Program-made: the position numbers and the translations under genes
The notes under the pieces: generated by a model
What the model was told of the DNA's origin: nothing
Seen by the model: the letters and a program-made list of their open reading frames with translations, nothing else
Database searches by the model: none
DNA from: a virus
Lineage: Duplodnaviria; Heunggongvirae; Uroviricota; Caudoviricetes
Reading direction: 5' to 3' (one strand)
IMG/VR virus record: IMGVR_UViG_3300010430_000005
Span: 83,467-147,466 of that record
DNA length: 64,000 nucleotides
Shown here: one piece after another, positions 17,111 through 25,841 of the stretch
Position numbering within the stretch: the stretch's first letter is position 1
Layout: every line of letters begins with the position of its first letter

Positions 17111-17318
17111 ATGAAAATAAAAGCATCAACTACAATTCAACTACCAAAATGTATTGACAAATTTCCTACGGAAACTTGGTGCAGAAAAAAGGAAACGTAT
17201 CCTAACATTCTTTGGACTTTGGACAGCAGAAGATGAATTGTATGAAATTCTGTCGGAAGAAATCCGTAATGAAATTGACAAAGAAATTCTTGCAAAGGTG
17301 AAAATAAATGAAAACTAA
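17111..17318 (+). pseudogene. small protein with gp23 spine-helix-like segment; apparent +1 frameshift within 17119-17164
   Basis: RKLGAE..GLWTAEDELYEILSEEIRNEIDKEIL versus gp23 RALKAE..GLDAETELSNILASEVLAEINREVV. Confidence 0.65.
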
Positions 17319-17628
17319 TTGTATTATATGTAAATGCGAAATTGACAATTGGGACATTGCCTATCCCGAAAATGAAGCACAAGTTCATCCAATTGGAGGC
17401 ACTGCATTCCGAACATATGGTCATTATGGTTCTACTATTTTTGACCCTATGGATGCGACATACCTAGAAGTTGTGTTCTGCGATGATTGCTTGAAAGAAA
17501 GATTGGAATATACATATGAAGGTGTCAACCAAAAATACAAAGCAGAATTGGAGGAACAACGCAAAGAACAAGATGAACTGATAAACTTTATTTTAGAAGA
17601 AAGAGAAAATGATGACAACGGTTCGTGA
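17308..17628 (+). CDS. hypothetical protein with Cys pairs
   Basis: CIIC...CDDC; GHYGSTIFDPMD. Confidence 0.7.
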   Translation: MKTNCIICKCEIDNWDIAYPENEAQVHPIGGTAFRTYGHYGSTIFDPMDATYLEVVFCDDCLKERLEYTYEGVNQKYKAELEEQRKEQDELINFILEERENDDNGS

Positions 17629-17977
17629 ACAAGCAAAGCAAGAAGCACTGAAAAAACTAGAAGGTCGCAAATCATTGAGAGATGGTATGACATCAGAACA
17701 GTTAGATTTTCTTGCGAATTATAACGGTCCTATTGAAGTTGGGGCAGTTACAAACGCGCACCCACATCATACATCAGAATATGTAGAATGGATGGCAGGG
17801 GTTTGGAAAGAAAATTCCGAACGCCAACAATGTAATGTTGCTTTTGACTTTCTTTCCCCACACAACGGCGAGTACTGGTACAAATGCACCACCTGCGGAG
17901 CAAAAGATTGGTTTGCTCGTTACGATCTGCCGTCGAGCAACGAGCCGATAAAGGGGTGCAAGAATAGTGACTTATGA
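17609..17977 (+). CDS. hypothetical protein
   Basis: coupled ORF, CTTC. Confidence 0.6.
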   Translation: MMTTVREQAKQEALKKLEGRKSLRDGMTSEQLDFLANYNGPIEVGAVTNAHPHHTSEYVEWMAGVWKENSERQQCNVAFDFLSPHNGEYWYKCTTCGAKDWFARYDLPSSNEPIKGCKNSDL

Positions 17978-18320
17978 TAAGCTTCTCGCATTGGCTCAAA
18001 AGCGACGCCAATTAGAAAAAGAAAAACTCCGTAGACATATTGAAATGGGGTATATCAAAGGAGAGGTGCATCCTAACGGGTCTATATCTTACCAGACTAA
18101 ACCGAAGGGTATTCGGAATTGGTACGATACTCGCACCCTAATAAATCGTGTAGAGAAACGAATGGACATGAATGGGTCATCAGGCGGAGAGAGGTATTGC
18201 CCGATCAACGGAAAGTGGCAACTACAGATTCGCGGTAAACACATGCGAAGACTTTTGAAAGCGAGACCGCACTGGAAACAAGTAGGTCGAAAAATAATTG
18301 ATATGGAGAATGTAAAATGA
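17967..18320 (+). CDS. basic hypothetical protein
   Basis: coupled ORF. Confidence 0.65.
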   Translation: MTYDKLLALAQKRRQLEKEKLRRHIEMGYIKGEVHPNGSISYQTKPKGIRNWYDTRTLINRVEKRMDMNGSSGGERYCPINGKWQLQIRGKHMRRLLKARPHWKQVGRKIIDMENVK

Positions 18321-18613
18321 ATATAGATACAGAAGCGTTTCAAGAAATAATGTGGGGCGATAACGAAGATTTTAAAGCATTGACCGACACCACAATCGAA
18401 GAACAAAGCCGATGGTCAGTTTATAAATCTTGTGTATACAAGCAGTTGTCTACAGGTAAGCTGTTCGAAGCATACTGGGGCGAAGGCGCGACCGAATATC
18501 AAGAAGGCCAATCAGAACCGTGGTCATTAACAGAAGTCGTGCCTGTAGAAGTTACTGTCACCAAATACAAAACAGCAAAAGACGGTATTCGTTTCGAAGG
18601 ATACACAGAATGA
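18317..18613 (+). CDS. conserved phage hypothetical protein
   Basis: SRWSV...GATEYQE...EV.PVEVTVTKY pattern. Confidence 0.75.
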   Translation: MNIDTEAFQEIMWGDNEDFKALTDTTIEEQSRWSVYKSCVYKQLSTGKLFEAYWGEGATEYQEGQSEPWSLTEVVPVEVTVTKYKTAKDGIRFEGYTE

Positions 18614-18957
18614 GCAGTAATGTAATGAGCACCGGAATGATGGTCCCTCTTAATCGTAAGCTAACCGAAGAAGAGCGCGACGACTGGAGCGAAGTTCTTT
18701 GGGATCAAAATAGCAATGTAAATTTCAACTACGAAGGGACCATGGCGTACACCGACGAAGGCGGTAGCGAATATGGCGTCTACTTCGGCGAGATGACAAG
18801 CCTTGATATGTCCAATTTTGATGATCTAAAACAGTTTGGTCTATCTATAGTCGAAGATCAAGCTCGACCTTACCGCGAATACTGGTATAACGGAGCAGAC
18901 TCAGACCACAACATGATGACCCTTGAGGATTTTCTAAAACGAACCAAACAAATCTAA
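18610..18957 (+). CDS. hypothetical protein
   Basis: ATGA coupling; ..YWYNGADS. Confidence 0.7.
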   Translation: MSSNVMSTGMMVPLNRKLTEEERDDWSEVLWDQNSNVNFNYEGTMAYTDEGGSEYGVYFGEMTSLDMSNFDDLKQFGLSIVEDQARPYREYWYNGADSDHNMMTLEDFLKRTKQI

Positions 18958-19030
18958 AAAATATTTAGAAAACTATTGACATATCTTGAAGGAGTAGTTA
19001 CTTTCATACTATAGACAAAAGAGGTCAAGT

Positions 19031-19579
19031 ATGGATTTCACTACTCCTTCTATCATCACAGATGAACCGTCAAAACAGCCATACATTGAAGAATACGGAA
19101 AAGTTATGTGTGCTGATCTAGCATTTAAGCAAGCGAAGAAAGTGCACCTACGTACTCGCCTAGCAGAAGCACAAAATTGGAAGTGTTGTTTCTGTGGCGT
19201 CGAAATGATGCAACATCCCAAACAACGAAACAGTGCTACTATCGAACATGTGACGCCGCGTTCACAAGGTGGGGCGAATTCAGAAGAAAACTACGCCATT
19301 TCTTGCTACACTTGTAACCACAATCGCGGCGATCTTGATTGGCAAATTTTCATGGATCGTAAACATGAAGTGACCCAAAAAGAAAAAAACAAGCGACAAC
19401 GTGATATGGAAAAACGCCTCGAAAAGTGGTTGAAAAAAGCACATAAACATGCAGAACTTGATTGGAAAATCAACGATGTTGTTCAGTGTTTTGACGACTG
19501 GTTGAACACTCTGAAACTAGGCAAATACAAGGATCAATTCATGCAGATGCTTGACGAATCTGGTGTGAAATATACTTGA
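19031..19579 (+). CDS. HNH endonuclease-domain protein
   Basis: CCFCG..ATIEHV.PRSQGG.N...N....CYTCN..RG. Confidence 0.85.
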   Translation: MDFTTPSIITDEPSKQPYIEEYGKVMCADLAFKQAKKVHLRTRLAEAQNWKCCFCGVEMMQHPKQRNSATIEHVTPRSQGGANSEENYAISCYTCNHNRGDLDWQIFMDRKHEVTQKEKNKRQRDMEKRLEKWLKKAHKHAELDWKINDVVQCFDDWLNTLKLGKYKDQFMQMLDESGVKYT

Positions 19580-19634
19580 CATTCGAGCGTCTTTGTAATA
19601 TCACGTATGTATGTAAAAAGAAGGTACGATATTT

Positions 19635-19811
19635 ATGTACAAAGTTAAATACTACTTCGCAACTGGCCGTACGATCACAACCAAATACACTACTGCTAAG
19701 CGAGCAAAGCAAGCTGCTATAGAGGAAGTAGAAAGCGGCAAGTTCGTTAAAGCAGAGTACCTCGGTAAAACCAAACACAAAGCCTGGTGCCCTCGCCAGC
19801 ACATCGCTTGA
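19635..19811 (+). CDS. small hypothetical protein
   Basis: 58-aa ORF after TTGACA promoter-like site. Confidence 0.6.
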   Translation: MYKVKYYFATGRTITTKYTTAKRAKQAAIEEVESGKFVKAEYLGKTKHKAWCPRQHIA

Positions 19812-19818
19812 TAGGAGA

Positions 19819-20100
19819 ATGATTATGTCCTTAGATCCCAACTATAAAGAAGTGTCTATTTGGGTTGACCGCACCACATATAATGGATATATGGTGTTTG
19901 ACCATCTAGGAAGTTTCGTTATCACTCAAGATGTGACAAAAGCAATTGCGTGGGCATTGGATAGGTCAAAAATCATCGGAAGTAGCGAATCCGTCAAAGT
20001 GTATTACATAGGCACCGTGGGGCAATACGCAGAAAACCCCGGTGAGCGGTTTTCGGAACCTTACGATTGGGAGCGCGGTGCTCGAGAGTTGATGGGGTAA
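19819..20100 (+). CDS. hypothetical protein
   Basis: GGAG SD. Confidence 0.65.
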   Translation: MIMSLDPNYKEVSIWVDRTTYNGYMVFDHLGSFVITQDVTKAIAWALDRSKIIGSSESVKVYYIGTVGQYAENPGERFSEPYDWERGARELMG

Positions 20101-20102
20101 TT

Positions 20103-20663
20103 ATGGAGCATACCATGGAAGAAGACAAAATCGAGTTTGAAGAAAATTCGGAACCGATTGAACCAAAAGATTACTTCAATGATCTGAAAGAAAAGATTAC
20201 TGACGTACAACTGGAGCAACTCGAACGTAACCGAGAATTTCTCGCAAAAGAGTTGAAGAAGGCGCATTTGATGGGTCAGAAAAACCTGACCCATCAGGCA
20301 TCTTTCATGTGGGAAATTCTCGAAAAGGAAATGATCCTACATGCGACCGGCATTCGCAAATATGTACACCGACAAGATGTTGTGAAACTTATTGATAACG
20401 TTTCTCCTAAAAATTCGGTCAAAATTGTCGAGCTGGAAAACTACCCTCGATCTATTCCGGACGAGAATATGGAAGATATCATCAAAGCTCAAGATTTGGG
20501 ATTGTTTGATGTTCTTCTAGTTTTGTATACCGACTTGACCGATGAAGAAGTGAATACACCAGAACAAAAAGAATTTGCAGCACGCAATCGTGATCCTGTT
20601 GTTTTTGGTATGTTCGTCGAAGATAAAATTAACCTAAACCTCCAAGAACCAGAGGAATATTGA
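20103..20663 (+). CDS. 5' part of a conserved phage protein interrupted by an endonuclease element
   Basis: ..IVELENYPRSIP..RDPVVFGMF; expected continuation YFITDWEDEFCDL found at 21586. Confidence 0.7.
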   Translation: MEHTMEEDKIEFEENSEPIEPKDYFNDLKEKITDVQLEQLERNREFLAKELKKAHLMGQKNLTHQASFMWEILEKEMILHATGIRKYVHRQDVVKLIDNVSPKNSVKIVELENYPRSIPDENMEDIIKAQDLGLFDVLLVLYTDLTDEEVNTPEQKEFAARNRDPVVFGMFVEDKINLNLQEPEEY

Positions 20664-20688
20664 TAATGGAAAAACTAGAGTTCGTTCT

Positions 20689-21502
20689 TTACGATCTATT
20701 CAAACGCCCTTTATTCCACCCGTCTGGTATAGGGTTATCAACTTCAACTAATAGTTCTTTATCTTTACCGTTATTAACCCATACTCTCTTTACTTTCTTT
20801 TTAAATAGACCTTCTTTCCAACCTTTTGGTGGCATATCATCTATCGGAATTCTTTTGTTTATTTTTCCGTTATTGATGAATCTTGTTTTTGGTTCTTTTT
20901 TTTGTCATCCCCTTATAAAAACCAATAGGTATATCATCTTCTTTTGATATGTAAAAATTTTCGAAACCGTTTGTGATGCAAATTTTATTTTCTGTCCCCG
21001 AATAACCGTTTTTTCTTATTTTATTTTTATGTTCATCGGATAAAACTCTACCTCTCATTTTTCGGATTGTCTTTTTTTCATTGCATTTGTGCGTTTCTTA
21101 CCTTTATTGCCTTCTGATATTTTTCTTTTATGTTCTTCTGATTTAGGAACACCCTTCCTTCTTATAGACATTCTTTTTTTTACTTTCTTCTGATAATATT
21201 GGAAAGTCGTTATTGTGTCGGTTATAAAAACTTTCGTTATATTTTGCATTCACTTTATTCAAAAATTTTGTTTCGTATGCTTTCGTATCATCAGCAGTTT
21301 GAAATATCTTTATTTTTCTTATGATAAATGCTGACAATCCATGTTTTCCAACTATTCTATTGATTATTATCGAAGACGTTTTATACCCCGAATCTACCAT
21401 GAATTTTTGGGGGTCTGCATCACGCCCCCATTTCGCACCAGCATAATACATGCCATTACGAATATCTTGAATGACATAAAAGTAAGGTTGATAAATAGTC
21501 AT
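20689..21502 (-). pseudogene. Seg-like GIY-YIG homing endonuclease with NUMOD3-like repeats, several frameshifts
   Basis: YFYVIQD..YYAG..Y.TSS..E..N; KGVPKSEEHKRKISE, LSDEHK, W.NNG..P.GW.KG pieces in different frames. Confidence 0.8.
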
Positions 21503-21577
21503 AGCTGTAACTCCTTTGTTGTTATAGAGTAGTTGGGATGCCTGCCAAAAAATCCGCGAACTACGCTTTTATTTATA
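21503..21577 (-). promoter_or_regulatory. T4 late promoter plus conserved structured 5' leader, copy 1
   Basis: TATAAATA 21570-21577; GTAGTT-CGC-GGAT..ATCC-C-AACTAC-TCTA. Confidence 0.75.
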
Positions 21578-21585
21578 AAAACTAG

Positions 21586-21840
21586 TATTTTATCACAGAT
21601 TGGGAAGACGAGTTTTGTGACTTGACTTTCACTAAAATGCTCGATAAAATGTCAGAAATAGGCATCAAAAACCCAGAAAAAACCATTACGGTTGATATTG
21701 ACCAAATCAATAGTATTGTTGTCAATTCAAAACAAGAAGTAGATAAAGTCGATCTTCGTGGTTCTGGCGTTTTTATCCCACAGAACAAACAAAAGAAAAC
21801 ATTTGTGTCTTGGATAAAAGGATTTTTCAAAAATGTCTAA
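21586..21840 (+). pseudogene. 3' part of the interrupted gene
   Basis: YFITDWEDEFCDLTFTKMLDKM..; possible restart at TTG 21622. Confidence 0.65.
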
Positions 21841-22090
21841 AATTCCATATGAGAAAATATCTGATGGTTACTGCGGCTTTTATTACAAACAAGTCGTACT
21901 GACAGGAAAATGCAAAACCATCACTGGTGGGCCAATCCACCAAAACGGGACGAATTACAGGCAAGTGCAAAGATTTTTATTTAGAATGCCGATTTGGAAA
22001 TCATGGGTTTGTTCGAATAAAATTTGTTTCTTCGAAGAAACAAAAGAAAAGATTTACGATTGTTCGTGCGGAGAAGAAAATGACTCCTGA
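21833..22090 (+). CDS. hypothetical protein
   Basis: coupled ORF. Confidence 0.6.
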   Translation: MSKIPYEKISDGYCGFYYKQVVLTGKCKTITGGPIHQNGTNYRQVQRFLFRMPIWKSWVCSNKICFFEETKEKIYDCSCGEENDS

Positions 22091-22517
22091 TAATGATAAG
22101 ACCCTACGGGGTCTTTTTCACCACCATAAAATTGGAGTTGATGAATGGAACGATCGTCGTGATTATCGCCTTCAATATGAGAAGCAATTTTCTTTAAACG
22201 GAAAAGGAAATTTTAGAAATCAAATGGTAGATTTCCTAATCGCGAATTCTCGTGAAGTCACTATTGTTGAAGATGATCCAAGGTATAAGCAAAACGAAGA
22301 AGACTATATCATGTCTTTGGGGAAATATTTTCATGAAAGCAAAATATACCAATCAATGCGTTACATATGGTCATTCGGGATGTGCCGCGATGAAGATGGC
22401 AATTTTACTACATGTGATTGTTGTGGAAGGCAGTTGAACGTTTTCAACACAACAGGTTATGGGATGTGCGATAGTTGCGAATTAGAAAAAAATATAGAAT
22501 TAAGCAATATGATATAA
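22080..22517 (+). CDS. hypothetical protein with C-terminal Zn ribbon
   Basis: CDCC..CDSC. Confidence 0.65.
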   Translation: MTPDNDKTLRGLFHHHKIGVDEWNDRRDYRLQYEKQFSLNGKGNFRNQMVDFLIANSREVTIVEDDPRYKQNEEDYIMSLGKYFHESKIYQSMRYIWSFGMCRDEDGNFTTCDCCGRQLNVFNTTGYGMCDSCELEKNIELSNMI

Positions 22518-22529
22518 GATGAGGTAAAA

Positions 22530-22808
22530 ATGGAGAAACCAAACATAGATGATATGACACGTCAAGTTATTTCATGGCGGGGAGAGAATCCACATACAAA
22601 TGACTTTGAAAAATTTATCAACACACCAAGAGAAGATTTGATTATTTACCATTCAACTCTTGGAAGATATATCCGCAACTATTTTAGTTTGTGGTCATAC
22701 AAACACACACCAGAATTAGTAAATGGGGTAGATGTGTCTCCAAATCATCCAGACGCTATCAGTATGCGTGTCATCGAAAAGGTTTGGGAGCATTTCCAAA
22801 ATGTATGA
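22530..22808 (+). CDS. hypothetical phage protein (H.TLGRYIRN.F.LW, HPDAIS)
   Basis: motif; GAGG SD. Confidence 0.75.
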   Translation: MEKPNIDDMTRQVISWRGENPHTNDFEKFINTPREDLIIYHSTLGRYIRNYFSLWSYKHTPELVNGVDVSPNHPDAISMRVIEKVWEHFQNV

Positions 22809-23340
22809 AAAATTCCACTCTGCAAGATTAAAAACAAAATCTTTCAAAAAAGAAACACCTTATGTGGTCACACGTAAGGTCAACCATCGTTTCAAAGATT
22901 GGTTATTTGAAAAAATGTTCCCATTGTTTCAGAAGTGGGGTCATTTTAAAGTGTATATGGAAGATGTTGTGGTCGAAACCTTTGACTTTACAGAATCAAA
23001 AAAGACAAAAATCACAGAAAAAATCATCGAAGAAATCAACTTACGTGAGTGTGATCACTATGAGAGAATAACTCCAGATAAATACATAATATTAATGGGC
23101 GAAGATACTTTCTTCGAATATATCTCCGAAGAAAGAAACAACAGTCCTTTCTTTGGCGATAATGTTGAATTTATGTCGAATGATATATATTATCATGACC
23201 CATATAATGGGAAACGCGCAATGCAGTTTTCTTGTCATATAGTAAGGGGAATGAAAGGGTTTGCATTTGTTCCCAAAGTAATTTTGGAGGTTAAGAAGAA
23301 TGGAAGCGATTTCGGTCCCAGAAAAGATTACACCATCTAA
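22801..23340 (+). CDS. hypothetical protein
   Basis: coupled ORF. Confidence 0.7.
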   Translation: MYEKFHSARLKTKSFKKETPYVVTRKVNHRFKDWLFEKMFPLFQKWGHFKVYMEDVVVETFDFTESKKTKITEKIIEEINLRECDHYERITPDKYIILMGEDTFFEYISEERNNSPFFGDNVEFMSNDIYYHDPYNGKRAMQFSCHIVRGMKGFAFVPKVILEVKKNGSDFGPRKDYTI

Positions 23341-23569
23341 AAACTACATTTCGTTTTGGAGTACAGACTATCCTGATTATGTTGAAACCATAGAAAGACA
23401 GGATCGTCTAGCAAAAAAAATTTACACGTGGTTGAATGATAATAACAAAGAGTGGTCAGTTGATTTTGATAGGGGCAATTTTGGCGAAGGTTCTTTATGC
23501 GTGTTTATATATTTCAAAACAGAAGAACAGATGAACAATTTTGTGAAAGAATGGAAACGCAATGAGTAA
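23300..23569 (+). CDS. hypothetical protein
   Basis: GGAGG SD. Confidence 0.6.
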   Translation: MEAISVPEKITPSKNYISFWSTDYPDYVETIERQDRLAKKIYTWLNDNNKEWSVDFDRGNFGEGSLCVFIYFKTEEQMNNFVKEWKRNE

Positions 23570-23816
23570 ACACATAATACACGTGAACAGACAACATATT
23601 GCTATGAATGCAAAGGATGGTAAAGACCGCCCTGTTTACACAATCAAGACTGGTTCAAAAACTCGCTATGCACGTGAAGTTTTGATTGACGGACCATCTA
23701 AAATGGTGTATGATGGCAGTCAATTGAAGTGTGGGGCAAGGGCATGGATAGAAACAGATTCAAACCTCACATTGATTGATGAAATGTCTTTCAAAGAAGC
23801 AAGGAATGTGCAATGA
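23562..23816 (+). CDS. conserved phage protein (IHVN...Y....I.GPS.MVY....L.CGAR.WIET)
   Basis: motif familiar from many phages. Confidence 0.8.
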   Translation: MSKHIIHVNRQHIAMNAKDGKDRPVYTIKTGSKTRYAREVLIDGPSKMVYDGSQLKCGARAWIETDSNLTLIDEMSFKEARNVQ

Positions 23817-24025
23817 GTAAGGATAAGAAAATAATAACTGGTTTCATACCAGTTATTGAAAACAAGCAAAGTTTTCTATTTTCTGTAATGAATGCGATGC
23901 ATCTAATGCCCAAATTCGAACAGAGTACATCGAAGCGAGAAGAGATTTTTTGCGTAAAAAAGGCATTGACGCCTAACCAAGAATAAGTTATCTTGTAAAA
24001 GTAGTCGGATAGAAAGGTAATCCAA

Positions 24026-24814
24026 ATGACCAAACAAACCAAACGCGATAAGATGCTTCAACGTGTTATGAATCTCCGTGCCCGTGCGTCTGATGATGCA
24101 TCTTCCGAAGCAGAAATGAACATGGCTTTGAACATGGCTGCAAAGTTGATGGATTCTTATAACATCGAAGAGGCAGAACTTGCCCTTGCAGAATCCGAAG
24201 GTCGTATTGTTCTTGATGTCGTTAACAAAGTCGTAGATACTTCGGCCCTCAAAGGAAAACATCGCCACAAGATTGTAGCAGCTCTTTCGGGTATTGCCGC
24301 GATGACAGAAACCAAAGTCGTTTATAACTCTTACAGCGGCAGTATTACTTTTACTGGCCATCGACCCGACGTCGAACTTGCCAATTATCTTGTTGCTGTT
24401 GTTCGCGAAGCACTGGATCGCGAATACGACAACTACCGCAAAAACAACAAAGCAGTCGGTTATGGCGCAAAAGCGTCCTTCCAAACGGCAATGGCAAATC
24501 GAGTTTCTTCTCGCCTTTACGATATGACTCGCGAACGCGAAAAGTCTCGCCGTGAAGAAAAAGAAAAGGCACAGAAACTCCAAATCGAAAATGCCTCTAC
24601 AGCATCCTCTACCGCACTGGTGATTTCTGAGATCGCAGAACAAAAGCGCAAAGAAGTGAATGAAGCGTATGCTAAAGCACACCCCCGCCTCCGGACAGCG
24701 CCCGGATTTAGTTATGGGCGTAATACTTCTGCCCACTCTGCCGGTCGTAGTGCAGGCGATCGTGTTAACCTTGGTCGTGCGGTTTCCGGTGGTTCTCGCA
24801 AGATGATTGGATAA
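24026..24814 (+). CDS. DUF2786-like domain protein
   Basis: KMLQRV.NL..A....S.EAE...A..MAAKLM..YNI; TTGACG-17-TATCTT promoter. Confidence 0.8.
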   Translation: MTKQTKRDKMLQRVMNLRARASDDASSEAEMNMALNMAAKLMDSYNIEEAELALAESEGRIVLDVVNKVVDTSALKGKHRHKIVAALSGIAAMTETKVVYNSYSGSITFTGHRPDVELANYLVAVVREALDREYDNYRKNNKAVGYGAKASFQTAMANRVSSRLYDMTREREKSRREEKEKAQKLQIENASTASSTALVISEIAEQKRKEVNEAYAKAHPRLRTAPGFSYGRNTSAHSAGRSAGDRVNLGRAVSGGSRKMIG

Positions 24815-24823
24815 CTAAACTAG

Positions 24824-24849
24824 GTGGGGAGAAATCCCCACTTTTCTTT
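24824..24849 (+). terminator. intrinsic terminator
   Basis: gtgggga-GAAA-tccccac + T-rich tail. Confidence 0.75.
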
Positions 24850-25019
24850 ATGGAGAAAAAATGTCAAACCCATTTCTTTATACAAAAAACCCTTGTAGCA
24901 AATTCGAAGCACAACAAAATGTAAATTATTGGTGGTTCGAAAGTATGGGTGGTTGTCCGCCAAATGCGATTGAAGCAAATTGGAATACATATATTCGTGA
25001 AATGAAGCGTGAAGCGAAC

Positions 25020-25069
25020 AAGGTGTTGTCATATTTTTTCTTGACAACACCTTTTGATTCGTATATAAA
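25020..25069 (+). promoter_or_regulatory. sigma70-like promoter overlapping a 12-bp inverted repeat
   Basis: arms 25020-25031/25042-25053; TTGACA-17-TATAAA. Confidence 0.75.
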
Positions 25070-25094
25070 CAATATACGAAAAGGGAGAAATATA

Positions 25095-25529
25095 ATGCTT
25101 CATAATCTTGATTTTACAGGTTGGGAAAACGTCACTGCATGGTGTGTACCCACTGCAATATCCCTATTAACTGGCGCGCCTGTTGGACACATGCATAGTC
25201 GAGCTGCATTCATGCAGAATAAAGCACGTAAAGATGTAAAAGGCGTCTTTCTTGAAGAAGCAGTTCTTCTTCTTCGTGAGCAAGGATATAAAGCAATTAC
25301 GATTGATATGGAAAGTCGTTGGGCGACGCCGCCTACTATTCGCAAATTTCTTGATGATCGGAATGCATATGAAATGTCCATGCCAGTGATGTTTGCGACG
25401 AATGATCATATGATGACTGCGCATTATGGGTTTGCTGCCGACAACTGGACCAAAAAACCAGTCCCCGTTTCGCAATTTCCTAAACTAAATCGTAAGGTTG
25501 TTGCGTCATGGGTAGTAATGGAGGCATAA
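25095..25529 (+). CDS. hypothetical protein (WCVPTAIS..TG; possible peptidase-like fold)
   Basis: AAGGGAG SD before 25095. Confidence 0.65.
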   Translation: MLHNLDFTGWENVTAWCVPTAISLLTGAPVGHMHSRAAFMQNKARKDVKGVFLEEAVLLLREQGYKAITIDMESRWATPPTIRKFLDDRNAYEMSMPVMFATNDHMMTAHYGFAADNWTKKPVPVSQFPKLNRKVVASWVVMEA

Positions 25530-25841
25530 TTGAAAAATTTGATTTATGGGAAAGTTAACCCAAGCATAGTATCTAGAATCAAATGGTATAAAGGATATAG
25601 GATGGATCGTGTTCATCCTTATTTCTATAGACTACACAATAAAAAATATGGTCTTTTTGCGTGGAAAAAACCCAGTGGATTTATTTTTGATTGGTGGCAA
25701 AAACCAACTGTAGAAGTATTCGGTTCTGATGGCAATCGCGTTTTGAAGATACCTTGTAGATCGAATGCCCATGCAGAAAAATTGAAAAAAGAATTGGAAA
25801 CCCAACTTGATGAATGGGTAGGGAGTGGAAAGTATGAGTAG
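25530..25841 (+). CDS. basic hypothetical protein
   Basis: TTG start directly after stop. Confidence 0.55.
   Translation: MKNLIYGKVNPSIVSRIKWYKGYRMDRVHPYFYRLHNKKYGLFAWKKPSGFIFDWWQKPTVEVFGSDGNRVLKIPCRSNAHAEKLKKELETQLDEWVGSGKYE

Larger units (their letters stand above)
20670..21585 (-). mobile_element. antisense free-standing GIY-YIG endonuclease insertion flanked by 9-bp direct repeats
   Basis: aaaaactag at 20670-20678 and 21577-21585; late promoter, structured leader and ORF inside. Confidence 0.7.

Noticed and set aside
20664-21585. Group I intron
   Set aside because: The insert is filled by an antisense ORF and its leader; no recognisable P7 or core and no U at the putative 5' splice site
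24861-25094. N-terminal extension of ORF 24861-25529
   Set aside because: Reads through a promoter and SD; more likely a separate small gene lacking its stop, or chance; real start taken as 25095
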